Shown here piece after piece: positions 8,892 through 19,127 of a stretch of 64,000 nucleotides of DNA; position 1 is the stretch's first letter; each line of letters opens with the position of its first letter. Position numbers and translations under genes: made by a program. The notes below the pieces were generated by a model. That model searched no databases. It saw nothing but the letters and a program-made list of their open reading frames with translations, and was not told the origin of the DNA. Origin of the DNA: Candidatus Fermentibacterota bacterium (GTDB lineage: Bacteria > Fermentibacterota > Fermentibacteria > Fermentibacterales > JCC-6); NCBI GenBank assembly GCA_030609965.1, contig JAUWSQ010000002.1, positions 65,395 through 129,394 on the forward strand. Reading direction: 5' to 3'.

Positions 8892-9725
8892 TCACTTTTG
8901 AGCAATTAATTTGAAGTATTTATAAAGATTCCTGGACAATGGCAGCATAGATTTTAAATAATCGTCAAGAGCAATTGCCAATTCTGAGGATATATTATGC
9001 ATAATGTTTCCCTGACCAAGAAACCAGGTAAAATGTGCGGCAGCAGATTTAAAACCAATTACGCGCAAGAAATCCTCAAGCCAGTCTGACTTAATTCCCC
9101 CTTTTGCTGATGTTTGAAATTCCGCCATGGAAACAGTATCTGCTGATATCTTATACTTCTCCTCCAAAGCACTGGCTACATCATGAACAGACACAACTTC
9201 TGTTCTTAAGGATTCAGATACATCAATTTTATCAATTGCAGTTTTCTCGAGTTCCGAAAAGCAGTACCAATTAGGATCGGCATCACTATACAAATATCCA
9301 CCCAATCGCAAAATGCGAAAAACCTCGTGCATTGTAGGTTCTATATCTGGCAGATGATGCAGAAAAGAATAAGCCGTACACACATCAAATGACTCATCAT
9401 CGAATTGCATGTTTTCTGAATCACTGATATACGTCATTACATTCGCTGCAGGTTTGATCTCATCCAACATCGCTTTAGTCAAATCAATACCTACAACTTT
9501 ATCAAAATATTTCTTCGCAATATCAATAACGAATCCCGTTCCACATCCGATATCCAGTAAACTCCCCCCACCTGTTTTTTCAGCAAGATCACTGATAATT
9601 TTCTCCACGCGACTCTTATTCTCTGCTCTATAGTGAGGTTGCTCTGTATTGTAAGTTGATGCCATACTGGAATGATATTCAATATTTGCCTGCTTGATCA
9701 TTTTTGATAACTTCATGTCAGTCAT
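8892..9725 (-). CDS. Class I SAM-dependent methyltransferase
   Basis: Motif I LLDIGCGTGF, followed by VVGIDLTKAML. Confidence 0.8.
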   Translation of the reverse strand: MTDMKLSKMIKQANIEYHSSMASTYNTEQPHYRAENKSRVEKIISDLAEKTGGGSLLDIGCGTGFVIDIAKKYFDKVVGIDLTKAMLDEIKPAANVMTYISDSENMQFDDESFDVCTAYSFLHHLPDIEPTMHEVFRILRLGGYLYSDADPNWYCFSELEKTAIDKIDVSESLRTEVVSVHDVASALEEKYKISADTVSMAEFQTSAKGGIKSDWLEDFLRVIGFKSAAAHFTWFLGQGNIMHNISSELAIALDDYLKSMLPLSRNLYKYFKLIAQK

Positions 9726-9728
9726 GAA

Positions 9729-10811
9729 TTACTCCTCTTTCTTACTAAGATAGACAGGCATCGATAATTCTTCTGGTAGGATAAATCTTTCAACCAGCCC
9801 TCGAACCACTTCACCATATTTGTAGGATACTGGATTTACCGGTTCACCTAATAAATGATGACGAATTAAAATGTCAGGTTCGTTATAATCTGCTAATGCG
9901 CGGAATGCAGTTGTGCCAGAAAAGCGCGGGTTTATCTCAAATACGTACATATCTTCACCATCAACGCGAAGCTGAATATTCAGTGGACCCATTGAACCAA
10001 CAGCTACAGCCAGACGCTCACATTCCGATGCGATTTCAGGTAGATCTTCAATCGCACCTTGCGAAATACCTGAAGAAATTGCGAGTGTTTGTCCAGCATA
10101 TTTGCCAATACGCCCTCTTACCTTCATCCTGTTGGAAAGTCCACTCATTATGCGGCGGTGCACAACAAGAGAATCTATCAATCCGCCATCAAGTGTTGTC
10201 AAAACACCAACAGTATACTCATCATCAAATGTACCTAAATATTCCTGAGCAATGGGTAACATCCCGGCTTTGAGAATGTATCGAGAAAAAAATCGAGCTT
10301 CTTCCATGTCCTGTGCAATAAAGACAAGATTACTACCACCACTGCCCACTGAAGGCTTCAGAACAACTGGCATTCTCCTTATTTTTGTGCAATCATTCTC
10401 GCTTTTTAGTAATACGGATTGTGGAGATTTAAATCCATTGTTTGTCAGAAAACTATTTGTCTTCCACTTATCTGTGCATATATCAATAACATTGGCATTA
10501 TTGATGAGTGTTAATATGTTATTATTGGTGAATATTTGACGGTTTGCTGAAACTACTTTCATTTCTGATTCTGACCCGGGAATTAACACTTGAACATTTC
10601 TTTTCTCACAAAGTCTTAATAAGATATCAATATATTCAGGATCTAAGGCTGGTGGTACGATATAGGCTTCGTCTGCCTGATATAATCCAAGACTTGCTGG
10701 ATTCATATCAACACCGATGATGTGATATGATGTCTTTGCCAACCGCAGTGCTTTCATCACTTCATTTCCAATACTGCCACCACTAACACCAGTAATAACT
10801 ATATTTATCAT
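9729..10811 (-). CDS. ATP-grasp domain protein (carboxylate-amine ligase type)
   Basis: 360 aa. Rossmann-like N-domain (MINIVITGVSGGSIG), central PVVLKPSVGSGGSNLVF, C-terminal YVFEINPRFSGT typical of ATP-grasp enzymes. Confidence 0.75.
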   Translation of the reverse strand: MINIVITGVSGGSIGNEVMKALRLAKTSYHIIGVDMNPASLGLYQADEAYIVPPALDPEYIDILLRLCEKRNVQVLIPGSESEMKVVSANRQIFTNNNILTLINNANVIDICTDKWKTNSFLTNNGFKSPQSVLLKSENDCTKIRRMPVVLKPSVGSGGSNLVFIAQDMEEARFFSRYILKAGMLPIAQEYLGTFDDEYTVGVLTTLDGGLIDSLVVHRRIMSGLSNRMKVRGRIGKYAGQTLAISSGISQGAIEDLPEIASECERLAVAVGSMGPLNIQLRVDGEDMYVFEINPRFSGTTAFRALADYNEPDILIRHHLLGEPVNPVSYKYGEVVRGLVERFILPEELSMPVYLSKKEE

Positions 10812-10843
10812 ATCATGTGATCTTGAATATATAATGATTACTC

Positions 10844-11533
10844 CTATCTTGTTCGTGTTAAAATGTCAATGAGATTATGTTTGTAACCTAATGTTGTTAA
10901 ATGCTTGCAAACAGCATTAACATCATATGGTACGCGTCTAATATCGACATTACAAGTTCCAGTTTCCACAATTGCATAAGATGCGGAAGGATTATAGTCT
11001 CTAGGTTGACCACATGAACCTGGATTTACCAGCAATACATGACCCACTCTTTGAACGATTGGAATATGAGTATGCCCCATAATTACGATATCAGTATCAA
11101 ATTCGGCAAAGCGTTCAAAATCAGTATTATCAGGATAAATATACTCTTCAACATCCCACGGACTACCATGACACAAAATCCAGTTCAATCCACCTTTCTC
11201 AAAGATTCTTTGAGTTGGTAAACCGGACAGCCATTCAGTATTCTTTTCAGAAATTATTCGTTCAATATAATCCAGTTTATATGAGAACCAGAGATCCTCT
11301 GAAATTGATATCTCACGCAGGAGATAGCAGTCATGGTTACCCGACACGCAAGTGATATTCCTCGATTGCAGAAGTTCAAATACTTCATTCACATAAGGAT
11401 AATAACCAACGAAATCCCCAGCTATCAGTATATGATCGATATCCAGACGTTCCATATCATTTAATACAGCATTCAAACCCAGACTATTACCATGAATATC
11501 AGCGATAACACCAATCCGCAAATTATCCTCCAA
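10844..11533 (-). CDS. Metallophosphoesterase (YfcE/MJ0936-like)
   Basis: Motifs IADIHGN, AGDFVGY, GNHD, GHTH, NPGS. Confidence 0.8.
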   Translation of the reverse strand: MEDNLRIGVIADIHGNSLGLNAVLNDMERLDIDHILIAGDFVGYYPYVNEVFELLQSRNITCVSGNHDCYLLREISISEDLWFSYKLDYIERIISEKNTEWLSGLPTQRIFEKGGLNWILCHGSPWDVEEYIYPDNTDFERFAEFDTDIVIMGHTHIPIVQRVGHVLLVNPGSCGQPRDYNPSASYAIVETGTCNVDIRRVPYDVNAVCKHLTTLGYKHNLIDILTRTR

Positions 11534-12428
11534 CTTTCATAGCATCCAGGCAATGCTGTAATCCTTTTGTTAATGAAGTCCTGGGTGCATAATGCAGGAT
11601 ATTCAGAGCTTTCTCAATTGAATACTCAACTCTGTAATTCTCCTGAGAATCTGCTGTGTCCGAGTAAATAATCCTTGATTTGCTCTCTTGTTCAACAGAC
11701 AATACTGTTTTTGCCAGTTCAGACATAGTGATAGAATTTCCGCTGGCAATATTGTATACGCCAGATGCTTTTTTCTGAAAGGCTAACCATATTGCTTGAA
11801 GCACATCATCAACATAAGTAAAATCCTGTGTGCGGTTCCCTGAACCATATAGTGTTATGTTTCTTGACTCAAATACAGCCCTTAGAAAAATGTTTATTAC
11901 AGTTCTTGCTTTCTGGTAGGGCCCATATGGTGCAGATACTCGCAAACTAGACGTAGATAAACCATATCGTATATGTGCTATATCAAGTAGTAATTCACCA
12001 ACATATTTCGACAAAGAATACGGATTGTTTGGTTGAGGAATCAAATCTTCGGTCAGGGGGATAGTATTTTCTGTACAGTAAACAGAAGAACTGGAGGTAT
12101 ATATAATTGATGAATTATCTGGAATTGCAATTGCAATAGTATTCTGCATCATATATATGTTATCTAAAAATGATTCATCAGCTTCCGATGATTTAAAAGA
12201 TGAAGGAATCGATGCTGCAAGGTGAAAGATTGTATCAAAGACTGGCTTGTCCTTGCGCCATTCTGCAACTTTTTCCGCTGAAGTCAAATCCACGCTATCC
12301 ACGTGAACACTATCAACCTGACCACCGTTCCTGGATATGCACCATAACTCAAGTCCAGATTGCCGCATGAGAAATCTGACCAGATGTTTCCCTATGAAAC
12401 CCGTAGCTCCAGTTATAAGAACATCCAT
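11523..12428 (-). CDS. NAD-dependent sugar epimerase/dehydratase (extended SDR)
   Basis: VLITGATGFIGKHL glycine-rich loop, YSLSK (YxxxK) catalytic motif, GGAGG RBS 6 nt upstream of the ATG. Confidence 0.8.
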   Translation of the reverse strand: MDVLITGATGFIGKHLVRFLMRQSGLELWCISRNGGQVDSVHVDSVDLTSAEKVAEWRKDKPVFDTIFHLAASIPSSFKSSEADESFLDNIYMMQNTIAIAIPDNSSIIYTSSSSVYCTENTIPLTEDLIPQPNNPYSLSKYVGELLLDIAHIRYGLSTSSLRVSAPYGPYQKARTVINIFLRAVFESRNITLYGSGNRTQDFTYVDDVLQAIWLAFQKKASGVYNIASGNSITMSELAKTVLSVEQESKSRIIYSDTADSQENYRVEYSIEKALNILHYAPRTSLTKGLQHCLDAMKVGG

Positions 12429-12744
12429 ACTTTACCTCCAGTAGAATTCGGGTTGATAATTGGTGATCAGTTTCCACCAGACATATTTAAGATCATCTTT
12501 CCAGTCGTTTTTCTGTTCATGATTCTCTTTCTTTTGCTCCAGTTGTCTATCCTGTCCAGGTCTTGAGCAGAATATTCACACTACATATTATTAGCGCAAG
12601 TACCTGAAGTGAGTGACTGATTCATATATGACTCTTTTCAAAAGTATCAGCAATCTACTGAATTGAAGAGCTAGGGAGCGTGAGTACACCTTTAAAATAC
12701 TGATATGATGCGATTATCTGTACTGGACTACTTATTTATATCCG

Positions 12745-14508
12745 TTAATAGTCAGGCCTGGATACGAGTTTGAACAGAATATAGCTATCATCAGTTAAAA
12801 CTGGATAAAGATTGAAAGAGACAAAATTTCTCCATTGCTCAAGTTCATTTGCGGACAATTCCGGAGTAATATTTATTGAGGTAATAAACATATCCATGGC
12901 CAGATGAGTTATTCCGCTTTCCCGCAGTGAGTTCGCAATATCTTCGGAATCCATTCCAGACCACAGCATCTCCATCAGTTCAAACGGTACTACTCTATGA
13001 TCGAAAACAGCATATCCGGGAAAATAGAATGGACGGCTCATATTAACCATAAGTGTAGTATCACTTTCAGTTATGTAACGATCACATTTCTGAAAGAAAT
13101 GATAATAAAGCACATTTTCATCAAGGTATGTTACATCATTCTTATATCTCCATGGTTTTTCATACTCGTAAAGATTTATAATTTTTACTGCTGACCAGAT
13201 CATGCAAATTGTAATCAGGACAATCGCAGTATCTCGTAGAAATTTGTTTTTAGTAATCAGAAGATTCTCGAATGATTCGGCAACGGGAATTGATAGCATT
13301 ACAAGGCCTGGAAGCAGGTATCGAACCCTGACAGCTGCTCCATTAGCGATCAGTGTGATAATCATGTAAAGAAACGGCAGCAGTAATTTCTTCCGTCTAT
13401 CCTTTACAACTGCAAAAGCAAGAATCGTACCCGCCAGCAGTAATGGTCCGCTAGCTCCATCAAACAGAGCAGGATTGTTCCATTCGCCATGAAGCGATAT
13501 TCGGACAGGAAGCAGAAGGTAATCCAGAATTCCGTGAAGAGAGGTACTGAAAGTATTCAAGGCATAATACTCTGCCGCTCTGCTGGTCACAGTAATATTC
13601 GGGTTGAAAATGCCCTGCAAGAGTGGGTATACCTGATTTCCCCATTGCAGAATATTTGGAATTGCCCACCATGCTGAAATAAAGAATGCGGAGAATATAG
13701 AATAAAGAATTGTTTTCCTGGTCATATTTCTGAAGTAAAACGGGAGAAGTATGCAGACAATTGCCAGCACAATGAATCCGTTGTACTTACAACAGCTTGC
13801 ACCTCCAGCCCATATTACAGCAAGGAGGGGATTGCCATCTTTTCTGATAAATTCAACATATGCGAGCAATGAAAAGAAAATAAGAAAAGAATCAGAATAG
13901 CTCCATGTCGCATTCCGAACAAGTTCGGGGATACTCATAAGTACTATCAGAGAAAGAACCGCTGTTTTCCTCCTTCCTTTCCGCAGAAAGTAACCTGTAA
14001 GCACGGAACAGGCAGAAAGAAATCCAAGTAGACTGACGACTCTAGAAACTCTGAATCCGAATGTTCCTCCTGCAATCGAATAGAACGATTCAACCAGATA
14101 TGGATAGCTGAAGATTCCGGACCACTCCGGTCTGACAATCCTTCCTGCTTCAAGCCAGATCCTGGCCTGATACAGATGATGAATCATGGCGTCTCTGGAA
14201 AAGGGTGGGAGAAGAACAAGAGGGAAAAGTATCAACCCACAGAGCGCTATCATTACGCCGCCTCCAGGCATACTGAAGCGTCCTGGTCGAACCCATAGAA
14301 TTGTTCCGATTGCAAGGATTGCCCATAGCAGGGCAGATACCATAAGCCCTGACCATCCGGCAGCAGATACAAGGAAAAACATCAGCAGACTTCCTGCGCC
14401 GAATTTTCGAGACCACGATTCCGAGTGAGGAAGCACCAGAACTCCATACCCGCTGATGGATATAGCCGCTACCGAGAAGAAGATTGAAGTAGTGATGAAC
14501 GTGATCAT
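12745..14508 (-). CDS. Polytopic membrane protein, GT-C / ArnT-PMT-like (predicted)
   Basis: 587 aa with more than 12 helices. First-loop acidic/aromatic segment PFSRDAMIHHLYQARIW...SYPYLVE. C-terminal soluble domain. 4-nt overlap with the upstream flippase-like gene. Confidence 0.5.
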   Translation of the reverse strand: MITFITTSIFFSVAAISISGYGVLVLPHSESWSRKFGAGSLLMFFLVSAAGWSGLMVSALLWAILAIGTILWVRPGRFSMPGGGVMIALCGLILFPLVLLPPFSRDAMIHHLYQARIWLEAGRIVRPEWSGIFSYPYLVESFYSIAGGTFGFRVSRVVSLLGFLSACSVLTGYFLRKGRRKTAVLSLIVLMSIPELVRNATWSYSDSFLIFFSLLAYVEFIRKDGNPLLAVIWAGGASCCKYNGFIVLAIVCILLPFYFRNMTRKTILYSIFSAFFISAWWAIPNILQWGNQVYPLLQGIFNPNITVTSRAAEYYALNTFSTSLHGILDYLLLPVRISLHGEWNNPALFDGASGPLLLAGTILAFAVVKDRRKKLLLPFLYMIITLIANGAAVRVRYLLPGLVMLSIPVAESFENLLITKNKFLRDTAIVLITICMIWSAVKIINLYEYEKPWRYKNDVTYLDENVLYYHFFQKCDRYITESDTTLMVNMSRPFYFPGYAVFDHRVVPFELMEMLWSGMDSEDIANSLRESGITHLAMDMFITSINITPELSANELEQWRNFVSFNLYPVLTDDSYILFKLVSRPDY

Positions 14509-15425
14509 TTCAATCTCTTGTTTGAGAAGATTTTTTCGGTGATAACAGAAACAGCCACAAGAAAAAGCTCAACTGCTGTGGTAATAAGTCGTATGGCGAT
14601 TACACCCACAATTACAGTTGGCATTGGAATAAATGCTGGCAGGATAAGAAACAGCACACCTTCGCGGATACCTATGCCACTGGGGGCAAAAAATGCTGCA
14701 AGACCGATTAATCCCGCGATGCTGTAGATACCTGTAATGCTTAAGTAATATTTGAAACTTACCGGTGAAAGGGAGTTGAAAATAAGAAAGAGCGCGAAAC
14801 CCGATAGAAGAAAAGCAACAATATATGCTCCAATAAAAAGTAGAATATTTCTGAATGTTGGGACTTCAAGTAATGGATCTCTCTTAATTAACCGTAGTCC
14901 CCGATTTGTCAGTTTTCTTAAAAATGGTGGATATAGAGCAAACAGCATCAATGCAGCGCCAACACCGGCTATCCACCGTACATATTCTGGAATACTCGCG
15001 GGAGAAAAGGAAAGTGAAATCAGCAACACCAGACAGGAAGCGGTAATGGCTACAATGTATTCAATTATTGTAGCAACTGCCACTTTGCTTTTTGAAAAAC
15101 CGCGGTATGCATCCATTCTTACAAGTAAGAGTGCGATTTTTCCGGGAACGTACTTTCCAAGATACGAAAGAAACCATCCCCTTGCGGCTTTGATCATCGG
15201 GACGTGCAAACCCAGAGTAATCGTAAGCCGGTGCCAGATAAGAAAACAGAAAATATAGTTTATTACAATGAGCGCAGAACCTGCAATAAAATATCCATAT
15301 TTTAATTCAAAATCATATCTGGATATTTCAGAAATATTCTTCCACACAACCGCGATAACCGCCATTATTACGATTGAAAGAAGAAGTCTACTGTACCATT
15401 TTGTTTTTATATTAACTTTATGCAT
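14505..15425 (-). CDS. UPF0104 / LPG_synthase_TM (MprF flippase-domain-like) membrane protein
   Basis: 306 aa, about 8 TM helices. The motif YLGKYVPGKIALLLVRMDAY is characteristic of this family. Confidence 0.65.
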   Translation of the reverse strand: MHKVNIKTKWYSRLLLSIVIMAVIAVVWKNISEISRYDFELKYGYFIAGSALIVINYIFCFLIWHRLTITLGLHVPMIKAARGWFLSYLGKYVPGKIALLLVRMDAYRGFSKSKVAVATIIEYIVAITASCLVLLISLSFSPASIPEYVRWIAGVGAALMLFALYPPFLRKLTNRGLRLIKRDPLLEVPTFRNILLFIGAYIVAFLLSGFALFLIFNSLSPVSFKYYLSITGIYSIAGLIGLAAFFAPSGIGIREGVLFLILPAFIPMPTVIVGVIAIRLITTAVELFLVAVSVITEKIFSNKRLK

Positions 15426-15485
15426 TCTATGACACTAATATATCTAAGTTAATCATTTGAAACGATATTTCATGATTACTGAAAT

Positions 15486-16892
15486 TCATTGGCATGAATC
15501 AGAATGAGAAAAATCAACAATTAATTTTTCCAATTCCGGTTTATCAGACAAACAAAGGCCTTTTTTGCCTGCTTGCTTCAGAAATCCTTCGAGTAGCGCT
15601 TTTACATTATGCTCAGATATCCCGCATCCATTAACATATCGAATATCGTTAGGATCATAAAGCCATTCTTCAGGATAATCATCATTGATGACTCGCAGGA
15701 ACAGTTCCGCTACTCGTTCAGGAGCCCAGTGTTTCAATACGAATTTCTGTGCCTTCTTCCCCAACTCAACTCTATAATCATGATTCGTGATAAGTTTTTC
15801 GATTGCTGTTTCAATTTCATCGGGGTGGTGATATTCGGTAGGAGGGATTGCTGCACCAGGCAGGTATCCCATATTCTCGATTGATGCGTAACCGCCGACC
15901 ACTGCGGGTTTCCCCAAAAAAGCACCTTCAGTAGCCAGACCCGCCATTACTGCGTCAGAGTATAATTGATCGATAACGAAATCACAGTCAGCCAGTTCCC
16001 TCAATACTTCTGAATTGGGTTTTCCGACTATTTCTATGAATTCAATGGCATATCCTTTGTTTTTCATTTTCCTGATAATATCTCGAAAAATCCCTGATCC
16101 CTTGAATTCTGAAAAGGAGGGAGCATGCACAATCCGAAGGATCTCCTTTTTCTCCTTTATACAATCATCAATATCTTTTTCAATTTTGTAATGAAACGGA
16201 TTTCCGATAGTGAGATATCGAACAAATCTCTTCTCAAGAAAATGTGAACTCGGAGGATGGGCTATGATAATATCGGCGTAGAATTCTATTCGTTTAACCC
16301 ACTTCTTTTGTTTTTTTGTAATCCTGATACATTTTTCAATCGAACAACCGAAATCTTTGGAAATACTGGAACCACTTATGTAGGGGGGTCTCGTATCACT
16401 ACCATGAAATAACCAAATAATTTTCTTCCCAAACAGTTTTAGTATTGGTAAGTCATACATTTCAAAAAAGGATGATGTGCCGTGGAAGAAGGAAGATGTA
16501 CCGTGAAACACAAATACATCACACCAGAACAATGACCATATGAATATTGCCAATCGAAGTGGGAACACTATCATCACAAGCAATAAGGTCCACCAGAGTT
16601 CACAGATTGATTTATTTTTCTTTGATGATATTTTCCGAGATAAGATGTAATCCATCAACAGCATATACAGGTTTTTATTATTATCTTCATTTCCATATTT
16701 AAATGGGTGAGCATCAATGCTGAAGAAGTATGATTTAACGCCAAGTTCATCAAAACCCTTTTTCAGATTTGTATAATATCCTGCAACTTCACCAATTCCG
16801 AGGAAAATTCTGTGTTTTCTGTGGCTTTTCATGTTCGAATATTCCGTATCATTCAATCCAATATCAGTTTGATAGTGTATTTTGCAGAACAC
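15486..16892 (-). CDS. Glycosyltransferase, GT-B-like C-terminal half with an N-terminal membrane segment
   Basis: The C-terminal half (ILRIVHAPS...KGSG...IEFIEIVGKPNSEVLRELADCDFVIDQLYSD..GLATEGAFLGKPAV) resembles GT1/GT4 C-domains. Alternative start ATG at 16832 (MKSHRK). Contains the in-frame HGTSSFF x2 duplication. Confidence 0.5.
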   Translation of the reverse strand: MFCKIHYQTDIGLNDTEYSNMKSHRKHRIFLGIGEVAGYYTNLKKGFDELGVKSYFFSIDAHPFKYGNEDNNKNLYMLLMDYILSRKISSKKNKSICELWWTLLLVMIVFPLRLAIFIWSLFWCDVFVFHGTSSFFHGTSSFFEMYDLPILKLFGKKIIWLFHGSDTRPPYISGSSISKDFGCSIEKCIRITKKQKKWVKRIEFYADIIIAHPPSSHFLEKRFVRYLTIGNPFHYKIEKDIDDCIKEKKEILRIVHAPSFSEFKGSGIFRDIIRKMKNKGYAIEFIEIVGKPNSEVLRELADCDFVIDQLYSDAVMAGLATEGAFLGKPAVVGGYASIENMGYLPGAAIPPTEYHHPDEIETAIEKLITNHDYRVELGKKAQKFVLKHWAPERVAELFLRVINDDYPEEWLYDPNDIRYVNGCGISEHNVKALLEGFLKQAGKKGLCLSDKPELEKLIVDFSHSDSCQ

Positions 16893-16925
16893 CGGGTGAA
16901 GATCTTCTATGACCGCGTATTTTTC

Positions 16926-18011
16926 TTACATCCTCTTTAGTATTTCTGCTATGTACTCGATATCTTCGTATTTCAGGTGGTCTCCGATAGGCAGTGCCAA
17001 TCCCTTTTTGTAAGCCTGTTCAGCAACAGGGAAATCACTGTCTTCATAGCAGTATTTCTTTCTATAGTATGTTACGCAATGCAGTGCATGAGCACCGTAA
17101 TTCGTCTGAACACCATTATCAAGTAAATTTGCAATCAATTTATCACGATCAATTATCTCATCCAGAAGGATATGATACGTTTGATAAACATTTTTTCTAT
17201 CAGGAAAAGTATCGGGAGTTCTGATATATTCGCAATTATCAAGGAGTTTGTTATAACTATGCGCCATTTCAATTCTGCTCTCGATTGCTTTTTCAATATT
17301 ATCCATCTGAGCTAATCCGATAGCCGCCTGAAAATCCGTCATCCTATAATTCAATCCGGCATGAGTAAAGTCTTTTTTAGATGATATACCATGGTTTCGC
17401 AAGGCTCGAACCTTATCCGCAAAATCACAGTCATCTGTAACTATCAAACCGCCTTCACCGGTTGTAATAGCTTTGCGTGGATGGAAACTGAAACAACCGG
17501 CAATTCCGAATGTTCCTGTTTTTTTACCATTGTATTCAGTGCCGAAAGCACAGGCTGCATCTTCGATTACCATGAGATCGTATTTCCGGGCTATTTGCAT
17601 TAAGTGTTCAATATCAGCAGACTGTCCGAATTCATGCACGGGAATTATTGCCTTTGTTCTATCCGTTATTCTTGAGGTTATCCTGGAAACATCAAGGCAA
17701 TAATCATTGAAGTTGATATCAACCAGAACAGGTACCGCACCCACAATTTCTATCACATTAGCAGTAGCTGGAAAAGTGAAAGCGGGAATGATTACTTCAT
17801 CACCTTCTTTAATCCCCAGGGCCATCAGGCAGAGATGAAGTGCCGCTGTTCCGGACGAAACAATTATTGAGTAATTTATATTCAGATAATTCTGTAATGC
17901 TGTCTCAAATTCCCTTACATATTTGCCCTGCACCAGATCACCGGATTTGAATATTTTTCTTACATGATTAATAGCAGCTTCCGGTATAGTTGGTTTTGCC
18001 AGTCTAATCAT
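16926..18011 (-). CDS. DegT/DnrJ/EryC1/StrS-family PLP-dependent sugar aminotransferase
   Basis: [38 protein letters not shown] (active-site Lys). Resembles PglE/PseC/ArnB-type enzymes more than WbpE. Confidence 0.9.
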   Translation of the reverse strand: MIRLAKPTIPEAAINHVRKIFKSGDLVQGKYVREFETALQNYLNINYSIIVSSGTAALHLCLMALGIKEGDEVIIPAFTFPATANVIEIVGAVPVLVDINFNDYCLDVSRITSRITDRTKAIIPVHEFGQSADIEHLMQIARKYDLMVIEDAACAFGTEYNGKKTGTFGIAGCFSFHPRKAITTGEGGLIVTDDCDFADKVRALRNHGISSKKDFTHAGLNYRMTDFQAAIGLAQMDNIEKAIESRIEMAHSYNKLLDNCEYIRTPDTFPDRKNVYQTYHILLDEIIDRDKLIANLLDNGVQTNYGAHALHCVTYYRKKYCYEDSDFPVAEQAYKKGLALPIGDHLKYEDIEYIAEILKRM

Positions 18012-18957
18012 TCTGTTTGAACCATTTCGCTGTCCTTCTTATACCCTCATCCAGATCAATATCTGCTTTGAAATCGAGCATTCTTAATGCTTTTTCCACA
18101 GATGGTATTCTAAGCTCAATCTCTGCCGACAGGGCAGGTTTGAAAACAATATCCGAACTGGAATCCAAAACTCTGCAGACAGTTTGTGCAAGTCCATATG
18201 TAGTAACAACTGCTCTGGAATTGCCAATATTGAAAGATTCTCCGATTGCTGCAGGATATTCGATACACTTCATCAGACAGTTGACGAAATCCTCCACATA
18301 ACACCATGCGCGAATCTGATTTCCGTCGCCGTAAATATGTATTTCTTCATTCTTTAATGCTCGCTTAATAAAAACCTGTATTGCACCTTCACCTGTTTGG
18401 CCCGGTCCATATACATTAAAAGGACGAACGGAAACAACAGGTAGCCCGAATTCCCTGAAATAAGCAATTGAAAGGTGTTCACCTGCAAGCTTACTGACAG
18501 CATATGTCCATCTGGCCTCTCCTGCGCTGCCGGCAACAGTATCTGCATCCTCCGTCGATTTGAATGCCATACTGCCGAAAACTTCAGAAGTGGAGAAGTC
18601 CACAAAGCGATCTTTTATACCCTGAACCTTTGCAGCTTTCAGTACATTGGCGGTGCCAAGCATGTTTACTATCATCGTTTGAGTAGGTACTTTGATAACA
18701 GTATCTATTCCTGCAATAGCAGCGGCGTGAATAACAATATCAGCGCCTTTCATACTTTCCAGAACTTTTTCATAATCAAGAACATCACCCTTAATAATTT
18801 CAATGTTCAGGTGAGTATCATATCCGCTACCGGTTAACGTATCCCGATGGAAATTATCATATATTGTTATGTGGTTATCATTTATCAATCTTGAGATAAT
18901 AGTGTTTGCAATAAAACCAGCTCCACCGGTTATGAATATTTTCTTATTTGTTATCAT
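18004..18957 (-). CDS. Extended-SDR sugar-nucleotide enzyme, ArnA C-terminal/UDP-glucuronate decarboxylase-like
   Basis: [27 protein letters not shown] (compare ArnA PRWIYSVSK), [23 protein letters not shown]. Confidence 0.7.
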   Translation of the reverse strand: MITNKKIFITGGAGFIANTIISRLINDNHITIYDNFHRDTLTGSGYDTHLNIEIIKGDVLDYEKVLESMKGADIVIHAAAIAGIDTVIKVPTQTMIVNMLGTANVLKAAKVQGIKDRFVDFSTSEVFGSMAFKSTEDADTVAGSAGEARWTYAVSKLAGEHLSIAYFREFGLPVVSVRPFNVYGPGQTGEGAIQVFIKRALKNEEIHIYGDGNQIRAWCYVEDFVNCLMKCIEYPAAIGESFNIGNSRAVVTTYGLAQTVCRVLDSSSDIVFKPALSAEIELRIPSVEKALRMLDFKADIDLDEGIRRTAKWFKQND

Positions 18958-19127
18958 CTCATCTGTCCTTAATCATTAATGCGAATAAATATTTATCTGT
19001 TTCAGTACAGCCAGTACAGAGTTACTCTCAATACTCCAGAGAACATAGTTTCAAATCCGGAATCATCATTCCTTTCATCCTGGTTAATTAATATTGCTTG
19101 CAGCCAGATCTCTTATAAGTCAAGAAG

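Noticed and set aside
12432-12572. An open minus-strand frame ending ...EQKKENHEQKNDWKDDLKYVWWKLITNYQPEFYWR* immediately upstream of the SDR gene, considered as a small gene or gene remnant in the 316-bp gap
   Set aside because: It has only about 47 codons, no ATG/GTG/TTG start and no RBS, and a TGA lies immediately upstream. I cannot distinguish a relic from chance without a homology search.
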